From NCBI GenBank assembly GCA_039925865.1, contig JBDSYA010000213.1, forward strand, positions 1-52,694: a stretch of DNA of 52,694 bases, read 5' to 3'. Position numbers and translations under genes: made by a program. How positions within the stretch are numbered: position 1 is the stretch's first letter; every line of letters starts with the position of its first letter. The notes beneath the pieces are model-generated. The model searched no databases, was not told the origin of the DNA, and saw only the letters and a program-made list of their open reading frames with translations. Shown here piece by piece: positions 1-9,748 of this stretch. This DNA comes from Ignavibacteria bacterium (lineage in GTDB: Bacteria; Bacteroidota; Ignavibacteria; Tepidaquicellales; Tepidaquicellaceae).

Positions 1-503
1 AACTCAGGAGAAATTTCAATTTTAAGATCCTCATTTATCAGATAAATAAAATCCTGTTTAAATATTTTTTCCGCACAATCAATTTTATATTCAGATATTC
101 TCTTAACTTTATCATCATTAACAGAATATTCACAATAATAAAATTCAGACAAACGTGAATTTGATGTTACTAAAGAAATAATATTCTTTTTTGATTTATA
201 CTTTCCCGCAATTATGTCAAGAGTTGATATTTCGATGAGTTTGGATCCCGTTGTAAAACAAATTCCTTTTGCGATCGCAGAACCTATGCGAAGCCCTGTG
301 AATGAGCCCGGGCCGTTGGACAAGCTTACAAATTCAATCTCGCCAAACTTTATGTTATTATTTTCAAAAGATCTTTTAAGGAAATATGTTAAAGTGTCTG
401 CATTGCAGTTTATGTCAAGCTTCTCATTTATTATAATTTCCTGCTCAACTGCATAACCAAATTCAATCTTTTCGGAAGAACTTTCTATTAATAATATTCC
501 CAA
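1..503 (-). CDS. tsaB: tRNA threonylcarbamoyladenosine biosynthesis protein TsaB (YeaZ), 5' part; runs off the window start
   Basis: Absent from the ORF track. The reverse frame from TTG at 503 reads MGILLIESSSEKIEFGYAV...LSNGPGSFTGLRIGSAIAKGICFTTGSKLIEISTLD with no stop down to position 1. GPGSFTGLRIG is the TsaB/YeaZ signature. The + ORF 214..456 is its antisense shadow. Confidence 0.7.
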   Translation of the reverse strand, partial: MGILLIESSSEKIEFGYAVEQEIIINEKLDINCNADTLTYFLKRSFENNNIKFGEIEFVSLSNGPGSFTGLRIGSAIAKGICFTTGSKLIEISTLDIIAGKYKSKKNIISLVTSNSRLSEFYYCEYSVNDDKVKRISEYKIDCAEKIFKQDFIYLINEDLKIEISPE

Positions 504-509
504 TATTAA

Positions 510-950
510 TCAGAATTTTATTAGTCTTTCATTAAAACTTTTACCATGTTCAAAGTATATTTTTGCAATATCGCCTTTGAAATATTGATCTGCCAGCTCA
601 GGCCATTCAATAACGCAAATTGAACTATCGCAGACATAATGATCAATGCCGATCTCTGTTAACTCCTTAATATTTCTCAATCGGTAAAGATCGAAATGAA
701 TGATCATTATCTTTGAACCTGAAGTATTTTCATTTCCGGTATATTCATTTACAATTGTAAATGTAGGACTGCTAACAATGTCATTCACATTATAATGACG
801 GCAAATACCTTTAACGAACTGAGTTTTACCCGAGCCGAGGTTTCCGTATAAACCGGTTACCGTGTTTTTTTTTAATGAAGAAGCATAGCCTTCACCGGCT
901 GAAAGTGTTTCTTCGGGTGAAGATGAAATTATTTCTTTTTTAAAACTCAA
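510..950 (-). CDS. tsaE: tRNA t6A biosynthesis ATPase TsaE
   Basis: P-loop GNLGSGKTQFVKGI followed by SPTFTIVNEY and HFDLYRL, typical of TsaE/YjeE. TTG start overlaps the upstream stop (TTGA). Confidence 0.85.
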   Translation of the reverse strand: MSFKKEIISSSPEETLSAGEGYASSLKKNTVTGLYGNLGSGKTQFVKGICRHYNVNDIVSSPTFTIVNEYTGNENTSGSKIMIIHFDLYRLRNIKELTEIGIDHYVCDSSICVIEWPELADQYFKGDIAKIYFEHGKSFNERLIKF

Positions 951-2533
951 GCTTTAGGCTCAAGAGTTATAACAGGAAGTATCATCTCATCTATAGAGAT
1001 GCCGCCGTGCTGAAACGTATCGTTGTAATGATTTAAATATTTGTGATAATCGGTCGGATAAACAAAATAGAAGTCTTCTTTTGCGATTATGTAATTATTG
1101 ATACCATTGCCTCTTGGCAGCCTGTATTCAGTCGGGTTTCTTATGAATAATGCATTACGTGAATCTGACTTAACATTCTTTCCGGATTTATATCTTAAGT
1201 TTGTTGAAGTATCCTTATCACCCATTGCTTTCACTCCATGAAGACATCTGATGCTGCCGTGATCTGTTGTAATAACAATTTTAACATCGTTCCTTGTTGA
1301 GAGCTGTCTCAGCATCCCAAAAAAGGAAGAGTGTTCAAACCACGATTCTGTAAGTGAACGATAAGCTGACTCATCGGGTGCAATTTCTTTCAGTATTGCA
1401 TTATCACTTCTGGAATGAGCGATCATATCTACAAAATTTATTACAATGGCATTCAAATGATTATTACAGTAAGACATGATTTTGCTTTCAATTCCTCTCC
1501 CGAAATTTGAATCCATTATCTTCGTATATTTAACTTCGTTTCTCAGCTTAATCCTTCTTCTCTCAAGAAGCTTGATCAAGAAATCCTTTTCATAATTATT
1601 TTTACTGTTCTCATCATCATCACTTAATTTCCAGAGTTCAGGATAGTGATGTTCAAGTTCGGAAGGATACAATCCTGAAAAAATTGAATTACGGCTGTAG
1701 GGAGTTGCAGTTGGAAGAATAGAGTAATGGTAATCTTTTGTAATTCTGAAGTAATCATACAGATATTTTTCCATTACCATCCATTGATCCATTCTCATGC
1801 AGTCGATCACAAATAAAAATACTGATTTCGTTTTATCAAGTTCAGGAATGACAAACTTATCCACGACTTCATTTGACATGATGGGTTTGTCATCTTTAGA
1901 ATTGACCCACTTCAGATAATTCTTTTCCACATATTTTGAAAACTCTGTATTACAATCCCGTTTTTGTGTTAAGATAGTCTGCTTAAGGCCAAGGTCGGGA
2001 TGTTCATCAAGTTCAATTTCCCATCCGGTCATTTTTAAATGTATGTCTATCCAGTCTTTCCAGTCAGGACCTTCAAGCATTGCCATAGATATCTTATTAA
2101 ACTCCTGTATATAATCTTTTGAGGCCTGGCTTCCTTTGAGACGCTTAGACTCCAGCATTTTTTTACAAACCAAAAGTAATTGTGTCGGGTTTACAGGCTT
2201 GATAAGATAATCAGAAATCTTATTGCCAATAGCCTCTTCCATTAAACTTTCAGTTTCATTTTTTGTAACCATTACTACAGGCAAACTGGGTTTAAGATCT
2301 TTTATTTCAACCAAAGTCTGAAGACCGCCCATTCCTGTCATCATTTCATCCAAAAATACCAGATCGAAATCATTATCACGTATAAGATTTATTCCATCTT
2401 CCCCGTTGGTTGCTTCCTGAACATTGTAACCTTTTTGCTTTAAGAACATTATATTGGATTTCAATGATTCGATCTCATCATCAACCCATAATATATTGTT
2501 TTTATCTTTCGACAGAATTTCTGCACTATGCAT
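947..2533 (-). CDS. porX: PorX-like response regulator: CheY receiver plus PglZ (alkaline-phosphatase superfamily) domain
   Basis: N-terminal receiver (ILWVDDE...DLVFLDEMMTGMGG...KP). C-terminal PglZ-like motifs (FLFVIDCMRMDQW, ITTDHGS). The 528-aa size and architecture match PorX. Confidence 0.7.
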   Translation of the reverse strand: MHSAEILSKDKNNILWVDDEIESLKSNIMFLKQKGYNVQEATNGEDGINLIRDNDFDLVFLDEMMTGMGGLQTLVEIKDLKPSLPVVMVTKNETESLMEEAIGNKISDYLIKPVNPTQLLLVCKKMLESKRLKGSQASKDYIQEFNKISMAMLEGPDWKDWIDIHLKMTGWEIELDEHPDLGLKQTILTQKRDCNTEFSKYVEKNYLKWVNSKDDKPIMSNEVVDKFVIPELDKTKSVFLFVIDCMRMDQWMVMEKYLYDYFRITKDYHYSILPTATPYSRNSIFSGLYPSELEHHYPELWKLSDDDENSKNNYEKDFLIKLLERRRIKLRNEVKYTKIMDSNFGRGIESKIMSYCNNHLNAIVINFVDMIAHSRSDNAILKEIAPDESAYRSLTESWFEHSSFFGMLRQLSTRNDVKIVITTDHGSIRCLHGVKAMGDKDTSTNLRYKSGKNVKSDSRNALFIRNPTEYRLPRGNGINNYIIAKEDFYFVYPTDYHKYLNHYNDTFQHGGISIDEMILPVITLEPKA

Positions 2534-2642
2534 TTTTAATCCTTTCTTTTTTTTACTTTTAAACTAAAAAGTAAAGTAAAACCATATCATCGATTTATTT
2601 AAATTTTAAATAGTTAATTAACATAACAATTAAAGCAGTTCT

Positions 2643-4061
2643 TTAAAAGTCATTCATAATCTTCAGCGAAACTACATTTTCTATATGATATGTATGAGGA
2701 AACATGTCTACCGGCTGTACCTTTTCAATACTATACATATTCTTACTGCAAATAATTTTCAGGTCTCTTGCCTGTGTATGAGGATTACAACTTACATACA
2801 GAATTTTTTCAAACTTTGTTTCAGAAAGTATTTCACAAATAGAAGGATGAAGCCCTGAGCGCGGAGGGTCAAGTATCAGTTTATTAATACCACTAATGTC
2901 GTTTTTATTTTCGAGATAATTTTTTATGTCAGAGCATATAAATTCAGTATTGGTCACATTATTCAATTGCGCATTTTGCCGTGCGTCGGCTATAGAATCT
3001 TCTACCAGTTCAACCCCGATAACAGTTTGCACAAGCCCGGAAATCATAATTGAAATGGATCCGGTGCCACAGTACAGATCAAGTATGTTATCTTCTTTTT
3101 TCAATTCTGCAAAATCCACAAGCACTTTAAATAATTTTTGAGCCTGAAGTGTATTTGTCTGAAAAAATGATTGTGGTGAAATTTTAAAAGTATAAGAATT
3201 TCCTGAACCGGTTTTCAGATCTTCTTTAATAAATCCCGGCCCGTGCATAATAAATTCGCTTTCCCCGACTGCAACCTGAGCCTTTCTTTGTGATATGGAA
3301 TTTATAATTGTAGTAATTTCAGGAAATTTAATTTTCAGATCTTGAGAAAATTCATTCATTAATGAAGCATCGTGTTCGTAGGTGATAAGATTGACCATAA
3401 GATCCGAAGTGTTTTTACTTTGTCTTATAATTAGAAATCTAAGAAAACCTGATTGTGTTTTGGTAGAATAGACTGAAACATTTCTGCTCTTAAAGAACTC
3501 TCTTGTAAAGTTTAAAATTTCACCGGAGATTTCCGATTGTAAAAAACATTTTCTGATATCAACTATTTTTGAGTGAAATTTAGGAACATGAAGTCCAAGT
3601 GCAAAATTTTGTTTAACGTTGTCTGAATCTTTTTCGGTAAGCCATTCATCATCGGAAAATGAAAACTCCATTTTATTCCTGTAGTAGAAAATCTCAGTGC
3701 ATTCAGTAGTTTCAGGCACAATCAAGTCTTTAAATCCACCAATTCTCTCAAGAGCATTTCTAACAACCCCGGTTTTATATTTGATCTGTTTACTATATTC
3801 GTAATTTTGGATCTTACATCCTCCGCAAATTCCAAAATATACACATGGGGGAATGATACGGAATTCAGATGGATTGATTATCTCAAGTAAGGTCGCTTCA
3901 GCATAACCGGACTTTTTCTTTGAGATCCTGATCAGGGCTTTATCACCGGGAAGGGTTTTTTCAGAAAAGATCACCAATCCATCATCAAGTTTGGAGATTC
4001 CTTTTCCTTCAGAACTGAGTTCTAAAATATCTACTTCGATCTCAGCACCCTTTTTTATCAT
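2643..4061 (-). CDS. rlmD: 23S rRNA (uracil-C5)-methyltransferase, RlmD/RumA family (TRAM + Fe-S + SAM MTase)
   Basis: TRAM-like N-terminus, cysteine cluster CVYFGICGGCKIQ, SAM motif LDLYCGTGSISI, catalytic region ILDPPRSG...YVSCNP. Confidence 0.8.
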   Translation of the reverse strand: MIKKGAEIEVDILELSSEGKGISKLDDGLVIFSEKTLPGDKALIRISKKKSGYAEATLLEIINPSEFRIIPPCVYFGICGGCKIQNYEYSKQIKYKTGVVRNALERIGGFKDLIVPETTECTEIFYYRNKMEFSFSDDEWLTEKDSDNVKQNFALGLHVPKFHSKIVDIRKCFLQSEISGEILNFTREFFKSRNVSVYSTKTQSGFLRFLIIRQSKNTSDLMVNLITYEHDASLMNEFSQDLKIKFPEITTIINSISQRKAQVAVGESEFIMHGPGFIKEDLKTGSGNSYTFKISPQSFFQTNTLQAQKLFKVLVDFAELKKEDNILDLYCGTGSISIMISGLVQTVIGVELVEDSIADARQNAQLNNVTNTEFICSDIKNYLENKNDISGINKLILDPPRSGLHPSICEILSETKFEKILYVSCNPHTQARDLKIICSKNMYSIEKVQPVDMFPHTYHIENVVSLKIMNDF

Positions 4062-4124
4062 TGGGAATGTTATTTTATAAAAATTACATAATAAGTATTA
4101 TATCTAAATTTTAATACGTTATCA

Positions 4125-5120
4125 ATGAGTAAATCCAAAGCGCAGAGAGAAATTGTTTCCAACGCAAGGCGTGTGATATCAATTGAGAAAAAAGCTGTGA
4201 TCGATCTTGAAAACAGGTTCAAAAATGAAAAATATTTAGAAACATTTATACGTGCTGTCGAAACAATCTACGAATGTAAAGGTAAAGTGGTTGTTACAGG
4301 AATTGGTAAGTCCGGTATAATCGCACAGAAGGTCGTTGCAACTTTTAATTCAACGGGTACTTATTCAATTTTCCTACATTCCTCAGACAGTCTGCACGGT
4401 GATCTTGGAGTTTTAAGGAAAGAAGATGTAGTACTTATAATTTCCAAAAGCGGGGACACGTCCGAGATTAAACAGCTTATACCAAATTTCAAGCTGCTGA
4501 ATATTAAAATTATCTCGATAGTCGGCAATACAGATTCAGAGCTTGCAAATCTTTCATTCATAACTTTAGATGCATCGGTGAAAGAGGAGGCTTGTCCGCA
4601 TAATCTCGCTCCTACTTCATCTACAACGGCTGCTCTCGTACTCGGAGATGCAATTGCAATTTCACTTCTTCAGAAAAGAGAATTTACATCAGAAAATTTT
4701 GCCATGATACATCCGGGTGGAAATCTTGGAAAGAGGCTCTTGTTGAAAGTTGAAGATATCATGACAAAGGATAAAGATATCCCGGTTGTGAACATAAATA
4801 CCAAACTGAAAGATGTCATTTATATGATCTCTTCGAAGCGGCTGGGGTGTACGTGTGTAATTGATAAATCAAAAATTGCAGGAATAATTACGGACGGAGA
4901 CATCAGAAGACTCCTGGAAAAAGATCTTAATAATATAAAAGATCTCAGGGCAAAAGAATTTATGAATTCAAACCCGATAATAATTTCTAAAAGCATGCTC
5001 GCCAATGAAGCCCTGAAATTAATGGAAAAAAATAAAATTATGCAGCTTGTAATCGGAGATAAAAAAAACAGGCCTGCTGGAGTAATACATATGCACAGAC
5101 TGGTTGAAGAAGGATTATAA
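4125..5120 (+). CDS. kdsD: Arabinose-5-phosphate isomerase (KpsF/GutQ family; SIS + tandem CBS)
   Basis: SIS motif VVVTGIGKSGIIAQKVVATFNSTGT, then two CBS-like repeats at the C-terminus. Sits next to lptC-like genes. Confidence 0.85.
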   Translation: MSKSKAQREIVSNARRVISIEKKAVIDLENRFKNEKYLETFIRAVETIYECKGKVVVTGIGKSGIIAQKVVATFNSTGTYSIFLHSSDSLHGDLGVLRKEDVVLIISKSGDTSEIKQLIPNFKLLNIKIISIVGNTDSELANLSFITLDASVKEEACPHNLAPTSSTTAALVLGDAIAISLLQKREFTSENFAMIHPGGNLGKRLLLKVEDIMTKDKDIPVVNINTKLKDVIYMISSKRLGCTCVIDKSKIAGIITDGDIRRLLEKDLNNIKDLRAKEFMNSNPIIISKSMLANEALKLMEKNKIMQLVIGDKKNRPAGVIHMHRLVEEGL

Positions 5121-5654
5121 ATGCATAAATTAAAAATTTTAGTAATAACTGCCATTGTTTTTTTGATATCACTTAATTCATGCGATGATAAATTCAAACC
5201 AACTCCGACAAACCTTTTAGGTGAAGATTCACCGTCCCAGGAAAGCTGGAATTCAAAAGTAGTTTTTTCAGATTCAGGAAATATTAAAGCGATATTAAAC
5301 GCCGGACATATCTCGATCTTTACAAATAAAGCATATACTTTAATTGACAGCGGTGCTATAGTAGATTTCTACAGGGAAGGTATTAAAGTCTCAACATTGC
5401 AAGGTGAAAAAGGAAAGATTGATGACAGAACAAAAGATATTGAAATTTTTGACAGTGTGATTGTTGTGAACAATGAAGGAAGTGAACTAAGAACACAAAA
5501 ATTATTATGGAATAACAAAACTCAAAAAGTTTCTTCAGATGTATTTGTCAGAATCAAAACTCCAAATGAAACTATTGAAGGTATTGGTTTTGAGTCGGAT
5601 CAGAATTTAAAAAATTACAAAATTTATAAAGTCAGCGGTACCTTCTCAAAATAA
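5121..5654 (+). CDS. LptC-like periplasmic lipoprotein
   Basis: ATG abuts the kdsD stop (TAAATG). Lipobox LISLNSC. Size, beta-rich sequence and the kdsD-lptC-lptA-like order are consistent with LptC. Confidence 0.5.
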   Translation: MHKLKILVITAIVFLISLNSCDDKFKPTPTNLLGEDSPSQESWNSKVVFSDSGNIKAILNAGHISIFTNKAYTLIDSGAIVDFYREGIKVSTLQGEKGKIDDRTKDIEIFDSVIVVNNEGSELRTQKLLWNNKTQKVSSDVFVRIKTPNETIEGIGFESDQNLKNYKIYKVSGTFSK

Positions 5655-5725
5655 AAATATTGCTGTTTTGAAAAAAGAATTTAATAAGAATTATAACAAG
5701 AGTTATAAACAGTTTATAAAATAAT

Positions 5726-7204
5726 TTGAACAATTTTTGCAAAAGTTTTCATAGTTGCTTAACAAAATCAAATAATATTTTATGCATCTTTGCGAAATGC
5801 ATTAAAATATTTTCATTTCTGTTTTTAATTTCACAATGCGCTGAAGCGCAGGAGAAGATCGAACTAAAAAATGCAGATCAGCTTTCGGGTAAAGTAATTG
5901 ACGGGCAAAATGTAAGAGAAGCAACCGGCAACGTAGAGTTTGTGCAGGGAAATGTGAAAGTTTTTTGCAACTCGGCTACTCAGTTCATTGAAGCAAACCG
6001 GGTCGAGCTGAGAGGCAATGTCAGAATCTATCAGGATACACTTTCATTGCTGACACCGAAGGCAACTTATTTCGGAGATGACAAAAGGGCGGTATGTGAA
6101 AGTGGTGTCACATTAAAAGATCCCAATGCAACACTCAGAGCCGATAACGGTGTATATTTTTTCAATGAAGCCAAAGCGATCTTTAAAGGTGATGTAATTA
6201 TTGTCAACCCACAGTACAGGATTACTTCAAATGAAATAACTTACTTCAGAAATAATGAGGATTCATTTGCAAGAGGTAATGTAATTGTTACTACAGATTC
6301 GGCAACTATAAAAGCTGACAACATTGATTTTTTTAAAAGACAGGGAAAAACTTACGCTTTGGGGAATGTCAGAATTGAAAGCGATTCAACGGTTATAACA
6401 TCTGATACGGCAACAAACTTTTCATCGGAAAAAAAATCATTGGCTAACGGAAATGTGAGAATAGTCAGCCTTAATAATAATACAGTTATTTCAGGAAGAG
6501 TTTTAGAGAATTATGAGAAAGAAAATTATACAATAATAAAAGATAATGCAAAACTTGTACAGGCTGAGGACGGTAAAGATTCTTTGTATATTTTTTGTGA
6601 CACAATGCAGGCATTCCGTGTTAAGCCGGAATATTATACTGCATCCGGAAATGTAGAAATAATACGGGATAATTTTTTATCTAAATGCGGGCTTGGAGTT
6701 TATTATAAGAACAGGGAAACGGTATCATTGTCATTGAATCCTGTTGTATGGCAGGACAGGCTTCAGGTGACAGGTGATTCAATTTATGCAGAACTTCCCG
6801 GAAATAAACTTCAGACAATTTTTGTTAAAAAACTTTTGACTGTTCCAAATTCGAAAACATCATTTGTTATTTCTTCAAATGAGGATGAATATTTCAAAGA
6901 CAGATTTGATCAGATAAGCGGGAAGGATATAACTTTAAATTTAGTAAATGATAAAATTAACCTGATCAACGTCGAAGGCGGTTCAAACAGTATTTATTTT
7001 GTGTATGAAGAAGATGAAGCAAACGGATTGAATAATATAGAAGGAGAAGAACTGCAGATCTTTTTTGACGGGGATGAAAAAGTTTCCAGAATAAAAGTTA
7101 CGACGGATCCAAAAGGGGAATATGTACCCGAAGCACTTCTCAATACTGTCAATCTTATACTTCCCGGCTTTGGCCTGAGAGAAGATAAACCCTTAAAAAG
7201 ATAA
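5726..7204 (+). CDS. Multi-repeat OstA/LptA-like periplasmic protein
   Basis: Signal peptide (FSFLFLISQCAEAQ). Repeated OstA_N-like strands (GNVEFVQGNVKV, LRGNVRIYQD, FKGDVIIV, ARGNVIVTTD, ALGNVRIESD, ANGNVRIVS, ASGNVEIIRD). The TTG start is uncertain. Confidence 0.55.
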   Translation: MNNFCKSFHSCLTKSNNILCIFAKCIKIFSFLFLISQCAEAQEKIELKNADQLSGKVIDGQNVREATGNVEFVQGNVKVFCNSATQFIEANRVELRGNVRIYQDTLSLLTPKATYFGDDKRAVCESGVTLKDPNATLRADNGVYFFNEAKAIFKGDVIIVNPQYRITSNEITYFRNNEDSFARGNVIVTTDSATIKADNIDFFKRQGKTYALGNVRIESDSTVITSDTATNFSSEKKSLANGNVRIVSLNNNTVISGRVLENYEKENYTIIKDNAKLVQAEDGKDSLYIFCDTMQAFRVKPEYYTASGNVEIIRDNFLSKCGLGVYYKNRETVSLSLNPVVWQDRLQVTGDSIYAELPGNKLQTIFVKKLLTVPNSKTSFVISSNEDEYFKDRFDQISGKDITLNLVNDKINLINVEGGSNSIYFVYEEDEANGLNNIEGEELQIFFDGDEKVSRIKVTTDPKGEYVPEALLNTVNLILPGFGLREDKPLKR

Positions 7205-7231
7205 TTTAACGTTAAAATAAATAATCTGAAG

Positions 7232-7762
7232 ATGGAAACATTAGCAAAAAACTACCTGCATAATTGTATCAAAGAATTTAAAAAACTTAAAGAACTTGGT
7301 GATAACACATTCATGCAGATAAAGGATCAGGATTTTTTCTGGTCTCCGGATGAAGAATCCAACAGCATTGCAATTATTGTAAGACATCTCAGCGGAAATA
7401 TGTTATCAAGATGGACAGACTTTCTTAATTCTGACGGGGAAAAACAAAACAGAAATCGTGATGAAGAATTTGACAGGTTATTTTATACGGACAAAGATGA
7501 TGTGATCTACAGATGGGAAAAAGGCTGGAAGTGTTTATTTGAAACTCTTGAATCATTGAAAGAAGATGACCTGATCAAAGAAGTATTCATAAGGAAGGAA
7601 AAGCATTCGGTCATTGAAGCAATTAACAGGCAGCTGACACATTATGGATATCACCTGGGTCAGATCGTGTATTTAGGAAAACATCTTGAATGTGCGAATT
7701 GGAAAAGTCTGTCGATTCCCCGAGGAAAGTCAAAAGCTTTTAATGAAAAGCTCGGAATGTAA
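7232..7762 (+). CDS. DinB-superfamily (DUF1572-like) protein
   Basis: Four-helix DinB-like pattern with H-containing helices (IIVRHLSGNM, QLTHYGYHLGQIVYLGK). Confidence 0.55.
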   Translation: METLAKNYLHNCIKEFKKLKELGDNTFMQIKDQDFFWSPDEESNSIAIIVRHLSGNMLSRWTDFLNSDGEKQNRNRDEEFDRLFYTDKDDVIYRWEKGWKCLFETLESLKEDDLIKEVFIRKEKHSVIEAINRQLTHYGYHLGQIVYLGKHLECANWKSLSIPRGKSKAFNEKLGM

Positions 7763-7832
7763 TTGAGTTGTAGTTATAATTATTTTTGCAAGTAGAATTT
7801 TTGTTTTAATTATTATCAAAGCAAATCTATTA

Positions 7833-8441
7833 TCACAACTCCATTCCAAGGACAGCATCTTTGAGCTTTCCGTTATTCATTTTATAAAATGGAATTCCCA
7901 GTATCTCCATCGAGTCATACCTCATATCATATTTAAAACTTTTTATCGTATCACTTTTTTCCGCTTCAAGAGAGATCAGAATAAATTCGGAAAGTTTTTT
8001 TGCGTCATCTTTGCCATACGCAAAACCTACAAGCTTTACATTATACTTCTGAGGAGAAGCGACAGGATGGCGGAGTGTGAACTGAGTTGCAAATTCCTTC
8101 ATTGTATCAAGCGGGCAATAAAAAGCCGGAATATAAAATGTAATATCTCCTGAAGTCATTTCTCCTGAAGACCCAAACAGATTTTTCAGAAATTCACCTT
8201 TAGCTTTTCTCTCTAAAATATTAACATTAACCTTGATAAGCCAGAATGGTTTATAGATCATTTCACCTTCAGACGGAATAGCAGCTGCAGCAAAATTTAT
8301 TTCTATTGGTATGAGATCACCGTTGAGGATCTCAAATCCGCTCCCACAGCTTGAGCAATAAACAATATTATCATTTACTTCAATGATAAGGCCGCTGCCG
8401 CAACTTCTGCATTTTACTGCTTCTAATTTGAAATCAGACAA
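7833..8441 (-). CDS. Soluble zinc-ribbon protein, paralogue of the two upstream ribbon-TM proteins
   Basis: TTG start. C11-x2-C14-x14-C29-x2-C32. Repeated aromatic-Pro motifs (YKPFWLI, YIPAFYC, GIPFYKM). No TM segment. Confidence 0.6.
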   Translation of the reverse strand: MSDFKLEAVKCRSCGSGLIIEVNDNIVYCSSCGSGFEILNGDLIPIEINFAAAAIPSEGEMIYKPFWLIKVNVNILERKAKGEFLKNLFGSSGEMTSGDITFYIPAFYCPLDTMKEFATQFTLRHPVASPQKYNVKLVGFAYGKDDAKKLSEFILISLEAEKSDTIKSFKYDMRYDSMEILGIPFYKMNNGKLKDAVLGMEL

Positions 8442-8510
8442 TATTCTAGTTATTTATTTAAAAGATCAGATTATAAAATTATAAAAAAAAATGGTTAAGA
8501 CAGATATCAA

Positions 8511-9653
8511 CTATCTTCTTGAGTTTAACAGAGCTCCAAGGACGCTGCCGATCACCACTGATGTTGCAACATCTTTTGCAATGTTAAGACCGCTATTGTT
8601 TTGAAGATTTTTAATTGTTAATTTTTTATCCTGCTGAGTTTCGATCCCCGTTCCTTCTTCGATCTCACCGCCGTATCTAAATTTTTTATAACCCCATTTT
8701 GCAAGAAATATTCCCATGACAAAAGAAAATATGAATGCAAAGAATGGAAATTTTTCTGCAACTTCAAACATTGCAAATACTCCAAATAATGTCATGAAGA
8801 ACATGCCTGCTCCTGTCCCGGCAATTCCCATAATTGCTCTGTATAAATTATTTCCGGGAGCCTTTCCATAGCAAAGACTACCGTCTTCGCCGTCAATAAT
8901 AACCTGATAAGTTCTTTTCTCATAGCAATACCTGACAACCCACAAAGGATAGTAAATAATATCAATGTTTTCCCTGACAAGGTCATAATGTTCGAAAGAG
9001 ATATTGTCCAGATTTATTGAATTTCTTGCTGCGGAAGCAAAATTATTTTTTGCAAATTCAAAAGCTTCCTTTTCCGAAGCAATTACATTAAACATCATCC
9101 CTTCTCTTTGAAGTAATTCGAAGTCAACAGGGACAATTGTATCGCCGGTCAGATTGATTTTTTTTACTCCGAGCTCTGCTACATCACACGCAGAATAGGT
9201 TTGTTCAAAGGACTGCTGGATTTTTTTTTCCATATCAACATAATATGTAGTTGTCCTTCCGTTTGATGTGCTTGTCCTTTTCTCCTGTCCAAATACCCAG
9301 CCAACTACATCGGCTCTGACTCTCCAGTAAGGGATATATACCAGAAAAGTTTCGGCAATTTCTGAATTTGCTTTTAAACCCTTAGCTTTTGCAATCCCTG
9401 AACCCAGCCATCCAATTGCCTTTGAAACAGCATCTTCTTTCTTCAGCTTCTTTGGGACATAGTATCGCAAAGTTCCACTCTCGCCTTTGATGACAAGCAA
9501 TGCCCCGCAATATTTACAGTTAAAAGATTTTAAACCTTCCCTGATATCCAGCTCGCCGCTGCATGAAGGGCACGTTATACCTTTTATAACTTTTTCTTTT
9601 TTTAACTTAATTGCCTGGTCTGCTGTCTGTTGCTGCTCGGTGATCTCACTCAT
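8511..9653 (-). CDS. Zinc-ribbon membrane protein (two C-terminal TM helices plus hydrophobic tail)
   Basis: C28-x2-C31-x14-C46-x2-C49. Motifs YIPYWRV and YYPLWVV. TM segments IMGIAGTGAGMFFMTLFGVFAMF and FPFFAFIFSFVMGIFLA. Tail VATSVVIGSVLGALL. Confidence 0.65.
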   Translation of the reverse strand: MSEITEQQQTADQAIKLKKEKVIKGITCPSCSGELDIREGLKSFNCKYCGALLVIKGESGTLRYYVPKKLKKEDAVSKAIGWLGSGIAKAKGLKANSEIAETFLVYIPYWRVRADVVGWVFGQEKRTSTSNGRTTTYYVDMEKKIQQSFEQTYSACDVAELGVKKINLTGDTIVPVDFELLQREGMMFNVIASEKEAFEFAKNNFASAARNSINLDNISFEHYDLVRENIDIIYYPLWVVRYCYEKRTYQVIIDGEDGSLCYGKAPGNNLYRAIMGIAGTGAGMFFMTLFGVFAMFEVAEKFPFFAFIFSFVMGIFLAKWGYKKFRYGGEIEEGTGIETQQDKKLTIKNLQNNSGLNIAKDVATSVVIGSVLGALLNSRR

Positions 9654-9748
9654 TGAATAAAATAATTTTTGCTTTTGTAAATCTTAATACCGGATTTATA
9701 ATAAATCCTTTCTTACACACCCATTTATTACATTACATCCGAATAAAA

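Noticed and set aside
214-456. Listed + strand ORF of 80 aa
   Set aside because: It lies antisense to a clear TsaB reading frame and has a low-complexity, shadow-like sequence.
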